From Acidimicrobiia bacterium (GTDB taxonomy: Bacteria > Actinomycetota > Acidimicrobiia > Acidimicrobiales > VFJN01): a stretch of DNA of 64,000 bases. Location of the stretch: positions 50 through 64,049 of the forward strand of contig JBKHJZ010000002.1 of the NCBI GenBank assembly GCA_046537875.1, in the 5' to 3' direction. A program made the translations under genes and the position numbers. The notes under the pieces were generated by a model that made no database searches, had not been told where the DNA came from, and was given only the letters and a program-made list of their open reading frames with translations. Below are positions 17,826 to 28,836 of the stretch, piece by piece (within the stretch, counting starts at the first letter, position 1; every line of letters begins with the position of its first letter).

Positions 17826-18033
17826 GGTCGGGCACGGTACCGCCGGCCGTCGCCACACCCCCCGCCCGGGCGCGCGCCCGGGTCGCCCCCGGCGGATCAC
17901 CACCCCGGTCGTGCCACCAGCCGGGGTGCCACCGGCCGTCGTCGCGACACCCCTTTTCGTGGCAACTCGGCGGACATACCCTCGACCGCAGAGCGTGCAA
18001 CCTCGGTCGGCACGCCGGCGAGAGGAGGTCGTC

Positions 18034-18489
18034 ATGGAAGCGCACGTGGGCGACCGCGTGGTGGTCGACGCCCACAAGGTGGGCGAGGGCGAACGGCGCG
18101 GCGAGGTGCTGGAGGTGCTCCACGGCGCGGGCGGTGATCGCTACCGGGTCCGGTGGGACCAGGGCGGGCACGAGACGCTCCTCGCACCCGGCTCCGACGT
18201 CCGGATCGAGGGCCGGGGTGGCGACCTGGCCCGCACCTCGATGCGGATCGACGTCACGATCACCGAGGACCAGCAGCACGCGGAGGCCGTCGCCCGGCTG
18301 CGCGTGCGGGATCGCGACTTCGCCGCCTGGGGCCGGGCACGGCGCAACCCCGAGGACCCCAACGTCCCCATCATCGGTGAGGAACTGGCCGTCGCGCGGG
18401 CCCTGTCGGACCTGTCCCACCAGCTCGTCGGCGCGGCGGCCGACACCCTGGAGTCGAAGCTCGGGCACTCGGTGTCGCTGCACGTCTGA
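18034..18489 (+). CDS. DUF1918 + DUF1876 two-domain protein
   Basis: The ATG at 18034 is preceded by GAGGAGG. GDRVVVDAHKVGEGERRGEVLEV...YRVRWDQGGHETLLAPGSD is SH3-like (DUF1918 pattern). ARRNPEDPNVPIIGEELAVARALSDL fits the DUF1876 pattern. Confidence 0.65.
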   Translation: MEAHVGDRVVVDAHKVGEGERRGEVLEVLHGAGGDRYRVRWDQGGHETLLAPGSDVRIEGRGGDLARTSMRIDVTITEDQQHAEAVARLRVRDRDFAAWGRARRNPEDPNVPIIGEELAVARALSDLSHQLVGAAADTLESKLGHSVSLHV

Positions 18490-18515
18490 CCGCCGGCCAC
18501 CGGGACCGGCGGCCG

Positions 18516-19937
18516 TCACACGGCGGCGACCGGGATGCGGGTGCGGTGGCGGGCGGGTGCGGTGACGCGGACGAGCTCTCCGCCGAGGTGGTGGGGGGCC
18601 GCCCGGGTGATCCGCACCTCGGCGTAGGTGCCCGGGCGCAGGCGCTCGGCCGACCGGAAGTGCACGAGCTTGTTGTGCTCGGTCCGCCCGGTCGTCACCG
18701 CCGGGTCCTTCCGCGACGGCCCCTCGACCAGCACCTCCTCGACCCGGCCCACCCGGGCGCGGTGCCGGGCGAGTGCCGACCGCTCCACCACGACGCGCAG
18801 GCGCTCGAACCGCTCGGCCGCCACGTCGCCGGGCACGAACTCGTCGACGCGCTCGGCGGCCTCGGTGCCGGGCCGCGGGCTGAAGATGAAGGTGTAGGCG
18901 CTGTCGTACCCGGCCTCCGCGACCACCTCGAGCGTGCGCTCGAAGTCCTCGTCGGTCTCCCCGGGGAAGCCCACGATGATGTCGGTGCTGACCGCCAGCT
19001 CGGGCATGGCCACCCGCGCCGCGGCGAGGCGCTCGAGGTAGCGCTCGGCGGTGTACCCGCGGTGCATCGCCGCCAGCACCCGGTCGCTGCCGGACTGCAG
19101 CGGCAGGTGCAGGTGCTCGCACACCGCGGGAACGGTGGCCATCGCATCGATGGTCTCGGGGCGCAGGTCCTTCGGGTGCGGGCTGGTGTAGCGAACGCGC
19201 CGGATGCCGTCGACGGCGCCGACCGCCCGGAGCAGGTCGGCGAACAGCGGCCGCACGCGCACCCGCTCACCCGACCGGCGCCGGGCCACGGTGAGGTCGC
19301 GGCCGTAGCTGTTGACGTTCTGCCCGAGCAGGGTCACCTCGCTGACACCGTCGCGAGCGAGGGCCTCCACCTCGCCGACGATGTCGTCGAACCCGCGGCT
19401 GATCTCGCGACCCCGCACCGAGGGCACGATGCAGAAGGCGCAGGAGTTGTCGCACCCGATCTGGATCGTCACCCAGCCGGCGTAGGGCACCTCCCGGCGA
19501 ACGGGCAGGGCGCTCGGGAAGGCCTCGGCGTCGGCGGCCGCGGTCTCCTCGAGGATCTCGACCAGCGACCGCCCCGCCTCCCGCTGCTCGTGCAGCAGGT
19601 CGGCGGCACGGTGCACGTTGTGGGTCCCGAACACGACATCGACGTGCGGCGCCCGCTGCACGATCAGGTCCCGGTCCTTCTGGGCCAGGCACCCCCCGAC
19701 CACGATCTGGGTGTCCGGCTTGCGCTGCTTGAGGGCCTTCAGGTGGCCGAGGTTCCCGTACAGCCGGTTGTCCGCGTTCTCGCGGATGCAGCAGGTGTTG
19801 AGGACCACCACGTCGGGATCGTCGCCGGGGCTGGCCGGCCGGAGGCCGTCGGCCTCGAGCAGGCCGGCGATCCGCTCGGAGTCGTGCTCGTTCATCTGGC
19901 ACCCGAAGGTGCGGACGATGTAGCTCTTCGCGCTCAT
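18516..19937 (-). CDS. miaB: tRNA-i6A37 methylthiotransferase (radical SAM)
   Basis: [14 protein letters not shown] (UPF0004 domain), the radical-SAM cluster motif [11 protein letters not shown], and a C-terminal TRAM domain. Confidence 0.95.
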   Translation of the reverse strand: MSAKSYIVRTFGCQMNEHDSERIAGLLEADGLRPASPGDDPDVVVLNTCCIRENADNRLYGNLGHLKALKQRKPDTQIVVGGCLAQKDRDLIVQRAPHVDVVFGTHNVHRAADLLHEQREAGRSLVEILEETAAADAEAFPSALPVRREVPYAGWVTIQIGCDNSCAFCIVPSVRGREISRGFDDIVGEVEALARDGVSEVTLLGQNVNSYGRDLTVARRRSGERVRVRPLFADLLRAVGAVDGIRRVRYTSPHPKDLRPETIDAMATVPAVCEHLHLPLQSGSDRVLAAMHRGYTAERYLERLAAARVAMPELAVSTDIIVGFPGETDEDFERTLEVVAEAGYDSAYTFIFSPRPGTEAAERVDEFVPGDVAAERFERLRVVVERSALARHRARVGRVEEVLVEGPSRKDPAVTTGRTEHNKLVHFRSAERLRPGTYAEVRITRAAPHHLGGELVRVTAPARHRTRIPVAAV

Positions 19938-19994
19938 CGGCAGCCGATCCCGTCGGTGGTGGCGGTCGACATGTGGACCAGCCCAGGCTAGGCG

Positions 19995-20018
19995 AGCGCC
20001 CGACGGATGCCGGGCGCT
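19995..20018 (-). terminator. GC hairpin overlapping the stop codon of the binding-protein gene (possible tail-less terminator)
   Basis: AGCGCCCG-8 nt loop-CGGGCGCT is a perfect 8-bp stem. No U-run follows, so terminator function is uncertain. Confidence 0.3.
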
Positions 20019-21696
20019 ATCCCCCGCCGGCCGGCGACGGGTAGTCGGGTGGGACCTCGGACGGGGGTGGGTCGGTGATCACGGTCACCGAGCCCTCCTC
20101 CTCGAACACCTTCAGCTCGTCGGTGTACTCGTCGTGGTAGTAGCGCTGGCCTCCGTCGACGTAGCGGATCATGCCGGTGCCCTCCTCGCCGGTCTCGTCG
20201 GGACCCGTGGCGTCCGCATCCCACCAGAACTCGACCATGTCGTCGATGCCCTGGTACTCGGGCTCGTCCCACACCTCGTCGCCGTAGTTGACCGACGGCT
20301 GCGTCACGGCCTTCGGCGTGGGAGGGAACGCGAACAGGCCGTCGCGGAACGTCTCGACCGTCAGGTTCGGGCCTGCGTACTCGAACCCGGTGAACGTGAG
20401 CGCGACCTGGGGATAGGTGAGGAGCAGGCTCTCGTCGGCCGGCGGCGGGGTGCCGTGGTACCACTCGTAGAGCTGGTAGGCGGGGTTCAGCCTCGGCGGT
20501 GCGGCGGGCGGCAGGTAGCTCAGGCCGAAGGCCCGTTGCCACTGCTCCTGATCGAACGTGCGCCCGAACGTGGTGGTGTCGGTGAACGGGAAGCCGGCGA
20601 GGAACCATTCGGGGAACCAGCCCTGCTTGGTGGCCTCGCGGGTGAAGGCAGGCAACGTGATCGGGTCGGCCTCCACGATCACCGTGGTGACGCCGGCGTC
20701 CTTCATCTTGGCGATCTCGTTGACGGCGAGCTCCTGGGCTCGGCCCGGATCGAGCGGGAACGTCGAGACGTGCGCGACCTCGGCACCCTCCTCGGCCAGG
20801 TCGTCCCGGAGGTCGGCGGCCTGCTCCTCGTCCCCCTCGCTCTGCGCGAGCGAGAGGAGGCCGAAGACCCGCTCGCGTTCGGCCAGGTCACCACCGGCGA
20901 AGTCGGCCGGCTTTCCCGCCAGCTTGGCCGACACGTACGACACGACGTGCCGGCGGGTCTGCGACTCGGAGGGCACGATGCCGAACGCCGTCGGCTCGGT
21001 GCCGGAGGCGCCCGGGCAGGCGACGCAGATGATGTCGCGGGCGTGCAGCTCCTCGGTCCAGGTGCCCGACAGCAACGGGCCGCCGAGCACCAGGAACGGC
21101 TCGTGGCTGGCCGCCTCGACGGCGTCGGCCCGCGCCGTCACCGGGTCGAGCATGGCCCCCGAGGCCTCGACGAACTCGAGCTCCACCGTGCGACCGTAGG
21201 TCTCGTAGTAGGTCTGGAAGATCTCGACGAGCCCCTCGTAGGTCTCCTTGACCTCCTCGACCGTGTCGTCGATGCCGAGGCCCTGCCGGACGATCGCCCA
21301 CACCGGGTCGTTCTCGCTGGGCAGCCATGCGACCACCGTGATCGTGTCGCCGGTGACGCCCTGGGCCCCGGTGGCGCCGCCGTTGTCGTCGACCGGTGCG
21401 AAGCACTCGGTGCGGAAGAAGAACGGGATCGCGATCCTGCCGGTCGACGTGTCGCAGGTGTCGGGCCAGTCGACGTCCAGGCCCTCCTCCTGCGCCACGG
21501 TCCAGGTGATCACGCCCTCGGGCAGCTCGCCCGGGTCGGCCGCGGTCTCGGCCGCCGGGGCGTCGGGCTCGTCGTCGTCGCCCAGCACCGACACCGCGAC
21601 CACCGCGGCGATGACGAGCACCACGACCGCGATAGGGCCGTAGCGCCAGAGGGCACGGCGACGGGGACGGTCGGCGGGGTCCTGAGCCGGTTGCAT
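20017..21696 (-). CDS. ABC transporter substrate-binding protein (type I, Leu/Ile/Val-binding-like, enlarged)
   Basis: N-terminal TM/signal segment ([22 protein letters not shown]) and [18 protein letters not shown]. 559 aa. It is homologous to the second binding protein at 48726..50288. The ATG is preceded by GAAGGA. Confidence 0.75.
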   Translation of the reverse strand: MQPAQDPADRPRRRALWRYGPIAVVVLVIAAVVAVSVLGDDDEPDAPAAETAADPGELPEGVITWTVAQEEGLDVDWPDTCDTSTGRIAIPFFFRTECFAPVDDNGGATGAQGVTGDTITVVAWLPSENDPVWAIVRQGLGIDDTVEEVKETYEGLVEIFQTYYETYGRTVELEFVEASGAMLDPVTARADAVEAASHEPFLVLGGPLLSGTWTEELHARDIICVACPGASGTEPTAFGIVPSESQTRRHVVSYVSAKLAGKPADFAGGDLAERERVFGLLSLAQSEGDEEQAADLRDDLAEEGAEVAHVSTFPLDPGRAQELAVNEIAKMKDAGVTTVIVEADPITLPAFTREATKQGWFPEWFLAGFPFTDTTTFGRTFDQEQWQRAFGLSYLPPAAPPRLNPAYQLYEWYHGTPPPADESLLLTYPQVALTFTGFEYAGPNLTVETFRDGLFAFPPTPKAVTQPSVNYGDEVWDEPEYQGIDDMVEFWWDADATGPDETGEEGTGMIRYVDGGQRYYHDEYTDELKVFEEEGSVTVITDPPPSEVPPDYPSPAGGG

Positions 21697-21742
21697 GTCT
21701 GATCCTTCGGTGATGGCGGATGGGGACGGGACGGGGACGGCC

Positions 21743-24700
21743 TCACGGCACCTTCGCGCCCGATCGTCGCACCGTGGCGTCGCGGGGTCCCAGGTAGGCG
21801 GTCACGACCGCGGGTTCGGTCAGCACGTCCCCCGGTGGACCGACGGCGATCACCCGCCCCCGGTCCATCGCGACGAGACGGTCGGACACTGCGGCCACGA
21901 GCGGGATGTCGTGCTCGACGACGACCAGGCTCGCTCCGGTCTCGTCGCGGATGCGGCGGATCAGCGGCCCGAGCTGCTCCACCTCGCGCTGCGCCAGGCC
22001 GGACGCCGGCTCGTCGAGGAGCACGACGCTCGGTCGGTGCGCCAGCAGGCACGCGAGGTCGAGAACCCGCCGGGTGCCGGTGGAGAGCTCGCGGACGAAG
22101 AGCGAGCGGTAGTCACCCAGGTTCAGGAGCTCCACCAGCTCGTCGACCCGGCGCGCGATCGCCCATTCGCTGTCGATGGCGTTGGGCAGGCGGAACGCCG
22201 CCGAGAGGGGATCGCCCACCTCCACCCACCGCTCGCAGGCGACGGCGATCGCCTCCTCGACGGTCAACGAGGGGAACAGACGGGCGTCCTGGAACGAACG
22301 CCCCAGGCCCCGGCGGGCCCGCTGCGGCGGCCGGAGGCCGGTGATGTCGTGGCCCCCGAGCACCACCCGGCCCGCGGTGGGCGTCACCACCCCGCTGAGG
22401 GCATCGAACAGGGTGGTCTTCCCGGCGCCGTTCGGCCCGATCACGCCGAGGATCTCGTGCGGCTCCAACGCCAGCGAGACGTCCCGCACGGCGTGCACGC
22501 CGCCGAACCGCACGCTGAGGCCGATCGACTCGAGGACCGGGGTGGGTGGGGACGCAGGGCTCTCGGACGGCGCCGCCGGGCCACCGGCCGGCTCGGGCCC
22601 ACCGAGCGCCTCGGGCCGTGGGAGCTGCCGGTCGCCACCGGCGGTGCCCAGGAAGACCGACCGCAGGAGATCGGGCCGGTCCAGCAGCTCCCTGGCGGGC
22701 CCGGAGAAGCGGACCCGTCCGCGCTCGAGGAACACGGCGCGGTCGGCGACCTCGAGCGCGAGGTTCACCGACTGCTCGACGACGACCAGCGTGGTGCCCT
22801 CGGCCCGGAGGCGGTCGACCATGGCCAGCAGCTCGGCCACCACGCCGGGGGCGAGCCCGAGCGAGAGCTCGTCGATCATCAGGACCTTCGGCCGGGGGAG
22901 GACGGCCATGGCCAGTGCGAGCATCTGCTGCTGCCCACCGGAGAGATCACCGGCCGGCGACGACGCCCGCTCGGCGAGCACGGGGAACATCGCCCGCATC
23001 TCTGCGATGGCGGCCTCCTGCCCCTCTCGGTCGTGACGCCGGATCCAGCTCGCGACCCGGAGGTTCTCGTCGACGGTGAGCGACGGGAACACGCCGGCAC
23101 CGCCGGGCATGAGCGCCAGACCCATGGCCGCCATGCGGTGGGCGGGCACGCCGGTGACCGACCGCCCCCCGAGGCGCACCGTGCCCGCCTCCGGGGGCAC
23201 GATCCCCGAGATCGCCCGCAGCACGGTGGACTTGCCGGCACCGTTGGTGCCGAGCAGCGCCACCGCGTCGCCCGGGCCGACAACGAGGTCGACCCCCGCC
23301 ACCACGGGGGCTCCCCCGTAGCCGGCGCAGAGGTCGCGCACCTCGAGTGCCGTCGGCGGCGCCGCGCTGCGCCCGTCCTCCCCACGCGCTGCGGGCGCGT
23401 CGGCCCCCGCCGGCCGGTGGCCGACCGGTCCGGCCACGGGGCGCTCGGAGACGCCCTGCTCGGTGACCTCCCCCTCGGCGACCTCGCGCTGCCCGGCTGC
23501 CGTCTCGGTCGTCGCCCGCTCGGCGGCCGGCTGCTCGACAGCCTCGTCCCCTGCCGCCGGTGTCACCTCGACACCCCGGCGGCGGGCGAGCACGAGCAGC
23601 GCCCGGTCGCGAAGTCCGTACGCGAGGCCCGCGATCCCGTTGGGCGCGACGAGCAGGATGACGAGCACGGCGCCACCGACGCTGATGTACTGCCACTCGG
23701 TGGCGAGGAACCAGCGCGTGCCGAGCAGGAACAGCGCACCCAGCACCGCACCGGCCAGCGAGGTCAGCCCCCCGATGACCACCATCGTCAGCACCACGAG
23801 GTTCTCGAGGGGCCCGTACGAGCTGGAGTCGAGCACCTGCTGGTGGTGCATGAACAGGGCACCCGCCAGCCCCGCGACCGCACCGGAGAGGGCGAACGCT
23901 GCCAGCCGCACCCGCCGGCCGTCGACGCCATAGGCCTCGGCCGACTGCGGGTTGTCCCGCAGCGCCACGAGCACACGGCCGAAGCGGCTGCGCCGCACGC
24001 TGCGCAGGCCGACGAGCACCATGGCGAGCACGGCCAGGGCGACGTAGTAGACGGCCTGCTCCGACTCCACCCGGAAGCCGCCGAGGAGCGGCACCCGTTC
24101 GATGCGCTCGGTCGGCACCCAGCCGAAGCGGCGGGCGTCCAGCAGGTACGACGTGGTGGCCAGGGCGAAGGCGAACGTGGTGATGGCCAGGTAGAGGCCG
24201 CGAAGGCGCAGCGTCGGCACGGCCACCACCAGCCCGGCCGCGGCTCCCACCACGGCCGCCAGCGCCATCGCCGGGACCAGGTCGAAGCCGCGCTCGCCGA
24301 TCGACCAGCCGGCCACCGCGGCCCCCAGCGCGAAGAACGCGATCTGTCCCAGCGAGATCGTGCCGAGCCAGCCCGACAGCAGCACCAGCGACAGGCCGAG
24401 GATCGCGTAGATGACGAGGGCGGCGGCCTTGAACTGTTGGTCGATGTCGAGCAGCACGGGCAGCGCGAGCGCACCGGCAGCGAGGAGCCCGAGCCAGGCC
24501 CACCGGGCCGCGCGCACGGCGGTGAGGCCGGCGAGCCGGCCCGGGACCGGTCGGACCTCGTCGGTGGCCTTCCACTCGGTGTCGGCGTCGGTGCCCCGCA
24601 GGTCGGGACGGCGCCGCAGCACCAGGGTGAGCGCCACGATCGCGGCGAGCACCGGGTCGATCAGCCGGTCGCCGTGGCTCCAGTCGATGCCGAGCTCGAG

Positions 24701-25609
24701 GGCACCGAGCGCCACCGCGGCGCTCACGATCGTGACGAGGTTCGTCATCCGCCCGAGCAGGAGGGCCACCAGCGCCCGCAGGAGCACCCCGAACCCGAGC
24801 GCCGAGCCCGTCGGCACGTCGAGGATTCCGCTGCGGGCGAAGACCGCCAGGAACGCCAGCCCCCCGGCCACCGCCCAGACCAGCGTCTGCAGGCGGCGCA
24901 CGGGGACGCCTGCGAGGGCGGCCCGGTCGGGCCGGTCGGCGCTCGCCCTGATCGCGACGCCGGCGTCGCTGCGCTGGAGGAACGCGGCCACGGCGAGCAG
25001 CACGACCGGGACCATCAGGAGCGCGATCAGGTCGTTGGCCCCGAAGGTGACCCCGCCGATCTGGCGCGTGACGTCGAACGGCGGTGCCAGGCGGCCGGAC
25101 ACGAACGTGATGTCCCAGGCGCGGGGGATGAGCATCCCCGCCGCCACCAGCAGCTGGCTGAGGCCGATGGTCGCGATCGTGACCAGCAGCCGGGGCGACC
25201 GGGCCAGGCGCCCGATGAGCAGCCGGTCGGTCAGCGCACCGAGCGCGACCGCGGCCACCAGGCCGATCGCCAGCCCGGCCGCCCAGGGCAGTCCCGAGCG
25301 CTCGATGAGGAGGAACGCGAGGACGGTGGGTGCCAGCCCGAGGTCGGCCTGTGCGAAGTTGATGATGCGGTTGGCCCGGAAGACCAGCGCCATCCCGAGT
25401 GCCACCAGGGCGGTGAGGCCCCCGACGACGAGACCCCGCACGACGATGCCGCTCGGGGCCGGGAAGATCACCTGTTGGGCGACGATGATGGCGCCGGCCG
25501 GGGCCAGCGAGCGCACCACCGACACGACGGGCGAGCGCTCCCGGGACGCGAGCGCCTCCCCCGCCTCGTCGACCTCGTGGTCACCGAGACGACGGCGGAC
25601 CACGCTCAT
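21743..25609 (-). CDS. fused branched-chain-amino-acid-type (HAAT) ABC importer: LivH-like permease + LivM-like permease + LivF-like ATPase + LivG-like ATPase in one 1288-aa polypeptide
   Basis: Uninterrupted ORF. Permease 1 contains VFRANRIINFAQADLG. Permease 2 contains LLSGWLGTISLGQIAFFALGA. ATPase 1 has GTNGAGKST (23226..23252) and LSGGQQQML. ATPase 2 has GPNGAGKTT (22413..22439) and LSTGTRRVL. The ATG at 25609 is preceded by AGGGGGAG. Confidence 0.85.
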   Translation of the reverse strand: MSVVRRRLGDHEVDEAGEALASRERSPVVSVVRSLAPAGAIIVAQQVIFPAPSGIVVRGLVVGGLTALVALGMALVFRANRIINFAQADLGLAPTVLAFLLIERSGLPWAAGLAIGLVAAVALGALTDRLLIGRLARSPRLLVTIATIGLSQLLVAAGMLIPRAWDITFVSGRLAPPFDVTRQIGGVTFGANDLIALLMVPVVLLAVAAFLQRSDAGVAIRASADRPDRAALAGVPVRRLQTLVWAVAGGLAFLAVFARSGILDVPTGSALGFGVLLRALVALLLGRMTNLVTIVSAAVALGALELGIDWSHGDRLIDPVLAAIVALTLVLRRRPDLRGTDADTEWKATDEVRPVPGRLAGLTAVRAARWAWLGLLAAGALALPVLLDIDQQFKAAALVIYAILGLSLVLLSGWLGTISLGQIAFFALGAAVAGWSIGERGFDLVPAMALAAVVGAAAGLVVAVPTLRLRGLYLAITTFAFALATTSYLLDARRFGWVPTERIERVPLLGGFRVESEQAVYYVALAVLAMVLVGLRSVRRSRFGRVLVALRDNPQSAEAYGVDGRRVRLAAFALSGAVAGLAGALFMHHQQVLDSSSYGPLENLVVLTMVVIGGLTSLAGAVLGALFLLGTRWFLATEWQYISVGGAVLVILLVAPNGIAGLAYGLRDRALLVLARRRGVEVTPAAGDEAVEQPAAERATTETAAGQREVAEGEVTEQGVSERPVAGPVGHRPAGADAPAARGEDGRSAAPPTALEVRDLCAGYGGAPVVAGVDLVVGPGDAVALLGTNGAGKSTVLRAISGIVPPEAGTVRLGGRSVTGVPAHRMAAMGLALMPGGAGVFPSLTVDENLRVASWIRRHDREGQEAAIAEMRAMFPVLAERASSPAGDLSGGQQQMLALAMAVLPRPKVLMIDELSLGLAPGVVAELLAMVDRLRAEGTTLVVVEQSVNLALEVADRAVFLERGRVRFSGPARELLDRPDLLRSVFLGTAGGDRQLPRPEALGGPEPAGGPAAPSESPASPPTPVLESIGLSVRFGGVHAVRDVSLALEPHEILGVIGPNGAGKTTLFDALSGVVTPTAGRVVLGGHDITGLRPPQRARRGLGRSFQDARLFPSLTVEEAIAVACERWVEVGDPLSAAFRLPNAIDSEWAIARRVDELVELLNLGDYRSLFVRELSTGTRRVLDLACLLAHRPSVVLLDEPASGLAQREVEQLGPLIRRIRDETGASLVVVEHDIPLVAAVSDRLVAMDRGRVIAVGPPGDVLTEPAVVTAYLGPRDATVRRSGAKVP

Positions 25610-25674
25610 GATCGGCTCCCCCTACATCGATCGTGTGCCCGGGGGACGATAGCCGTCGGCTGGACGGCCCCGGC

Positions 25675-26721
<1,047 letters not shown>

Positions 26722-26948
26722 CGATGTGGTCCTTTCCTGGGATGCGGGTGCAGGGTTGGCGGCGGGCGCTCCGAAGCCCGGGAGCGCATCGCGATCCGAT
26801 GGAGCCGTTCGGCCGGGCCGTGGCCCGCCCTCCCGTGACCCGTTGGCCTGTTGGTGGTCGAGCTGTGGTCTGTCGGGCACTGCGGCTCCTCCACGTAGGA
26901 AGCACACTAGGAAGCCGGTGTGACAGTCTGGGGGACCCGGACGACACG

Positions 26949-26977
26949 ACTGTAGTTTCGAACCTGTGTTCGTTCAA
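26949..26977 (-). promoter_or_regulatory. recA promoter with a LexA box filling the spacer
   Basis: On the minus strand: TTGAAC (26972..26977), a 17-nt spacer, then TACAGT (26949..26954). The spacer contains CGAAC-ACAG-GTTCG, seen on the plus strand as GAAC-CTGT-GTTC at 26960..26971. Confidence 0.65.
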
Positions 26978-27014
26978 GCAGCCGTGTCGTCCTCACCACG
27001 GCCGCTGCGGGCCG

Positions 27015-27533
27015 TCAGCGGAGGCGCCGGACGTGCAGGTCCTCGTAGCGGGGCGGCCCACCACCCAGGTGGCTCCGCACCAGCCGCACCTCGTCGACGT
27101 CGAAGCTGGCGCCCACCGGCCGGTCGGCGAGCTCGCGCACGACGGCCCGGGCCGCGCCCCGTGCCCCACCCCGTGCCATCCGGGCGAGGGTCACGTGCCC
27201 CCGGAACCCCCGGTCGTCGTTCGCCGTGCCCATCCCCCCGAGGACGGCGGCCACACCCGTGGCGAGGTCGTCGAGCCCGGCCACCGGAACCGACACCACG
27301 CTCCTGCCCAGCACCTCGGCCCCCGGTCCGAGCCGGGCGACGCACCGGTGCAGCGGCGCACCCTCCAGCGCCTCCACCACGGGCGCCGGGTCGGCGACCT
27401 CGCCGAGGAACCGCAGCGTGACGTGCCAGTGCGCCCGCTTCGTCCAGCGGATGCCCGGGCGCTCGGGCCGGGGAAGCGCCTCGAGCAGGTCGAGCACGGC
27501 CGAGGGCGGCTGGACCGCCACGAAGAGCCGCAC
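27015..27533 (-). CDS. thpR: RNA 2',3'-cyclic phosphodiesterase (2H phosphoesterase, LigT/ThpR)
   Basis: Two HxT/S motifs are present: HVTLRF and HVTLAR. N-terminus MRLFVAV. 172 aa. Confidence 0.8.
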   Translation of the reverse strand: MRLFVAVQPPSAVLDLLEALPRPERPGIRWTKRAHWHVTLRFLGEVADPAPVVEALEGAPLHRCVARLGPGAEVLGRSVVSVPVAGLDDLATGVAAVLGGMGTANDDRGFRGHVTLARMARGGARGAARAVVRELADRPVGASFDVDEVRLVRSHLGGGPPRYEDLHVRRLR

Positions 27534-27537
27534 CGGC

Positions 27538-28803
27538 TCACCGCACCTCGAGCGACCGGTCGTCGATCAGCCGGCGCCGCAGGAGGTCGAGCAGCGAGAT
27601 GCACGCGAACTGGCGGACCCGATCACGGTCGCCCGGCAGCATGGCCTGGACGGCGACCGGCTCGCCCTCCCCCGTGTCGACCGCGAGGAAGACGGTCCCC
27701 GGTCGCCGGCCCTCCTGCTCGTCCGGCCCGGCCACCCCGGTGACGCCGAGGCCGATGTCGGCGCCCAGGCGTTGACGCACCCCTTCCGCCATGGCGGCCG
27801 CCGCGTCGCGGGTGACCACCGGGCCGGGTGGCACGCCGAGCAGCGAGTGCTTCACCTCCCGGTCGTAGGCGACGATCCCCCCACGGAACCACGCGCTCGC
27901 GCCGGGAACGGCCACCAACCGCGATGCCACCAGCCCGCCGGTGAGCGACTCGGCCACGGCCAGGCTGAGGCCGCGCTCAGCCAGCAGCGCGGCCACTGCG
28001 TGCTCCATGTTCTGGCCGTCCACGCCGAACACGAGGTCGCCGAGGACGCCGCGCAGCGTCGCCTCCTCGGCGTCGAGCCGGGCGGCCGCGGTCTCCTCGT
28101 CCGGGGCCTTCACGGTGATCCGCACCTTGATGCCCTCGATGCCGCTGGCGAGGAACGCCAGGGTCGGTGCCTCCGGACCCTCGGCGTCGAGCGACGCCAT
28201 GTGCTCGCCCAGGCGCTCGGCCAGACCCGACTCGCTCTCGCCCCACGTCCGCAGCACCCGGGACAGGATCACGGCCAGCTTGCCGGCCCGGCGCCGGAGG
28301 TCCGGGAGCACGGCGTGGGTCACGATCTCCCGCATCTCGTAGGGCACCCCGGGGACCGCGTAGATGACCTTGCCGTCCACCGGGCAGATCAGGCCCGGCG
28401 CCGTGCCCGGCTGGGGATCGGCGATCGCGGCCGCCCCCTCGGGCACCTGCGCCTGGCGCATGTTGCTGGCCGGCATGCGCCGGCCCCGCGACGCGAAGCG
28501 CTCGATGATGCGGTCGGCGACCTCGTCGTCGTGCACCAGGGGCACGCCCATGACCAGTGCGATCGCGTCGCGGGTGATGTCGTCCTGCGTCGGACCCAGC
28601 CCACCGCACACGATCACCGCATCGGCGCGGGACAGCGCGAGCTCGAGGGCGCCCGCGATGCGCTCGAGGTTGTCGCCCACCCGCTGCCCGTGCGTGCAGT
28701 CGATGCCGGCCAGGGCAAGCCGCTCACCCAACCACGACGAGTTCGTGTCGACCACCTGGCCGAGCAGGAGCTCGGTCCCCACCGCCACGATCTCACAGCG
28801 CAT
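27538..28803 (-). CDS. cinA: CinA family protein (MoCF-like domain + nicotinamide-nucleotide amidase domain)
   Basis: MRCEIVAVGTELLLGQVVDTNSSWL..., GGLGPTQDDITR, and a C-terminal ESLTGGL deamidase motif. Confidence 0.9.
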   Translation of the reverse strand: MRCEIVAVGTELLLGQVVDTNSSWLGERLALAGIDCTHGQRVGDNLERIAGALELALSRADAVIVCGGLGPTQDDITRDAIALVMGVPLVHDDEVADRIIERFASRGRRMPASNMRQAQVPEGAAAIADPQPGTAPGLICPVDGKVIYAVPGVPYEMREIVTHAVLPDLRRRAGKLAVILSRVLRTWGESESGLAERLGEHMASLDAEGPEAPTLAFLASGIEGIKVRITVKAPDEETAAARLDAEEATLRGVLGDLVFGVDGQNMEHAVAALLAERGLSLAVAESLTGGLVASRLVAVPGASAWFRGGIVAYDREVKHSLLGVPPGPVVTRDAAAAMAEGVRQRLGADIGLGVTGVAGPDEQEGRRPGTVFLAVDTGEGEPVAVQAMLPGDRDRVRQFACISLLDLLRRRLIDDRSLEVR

Positions 28804-28836
28804 CGCCCACCCCCCGTCGACCCGTGGCCGGGGGGC

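Noticed and set aside
26722-26907. N-terminal extension of RecA (the track ORF starts at 26907, giving 410 aa).
   Set aside because: The extension is Pro/Ala/Gly-rich and unlike any RecA N-terminus. The GTG at 26721 has a strong AGGAAAGGA site and gives the canonical ...[17 protein letters not shown] start.
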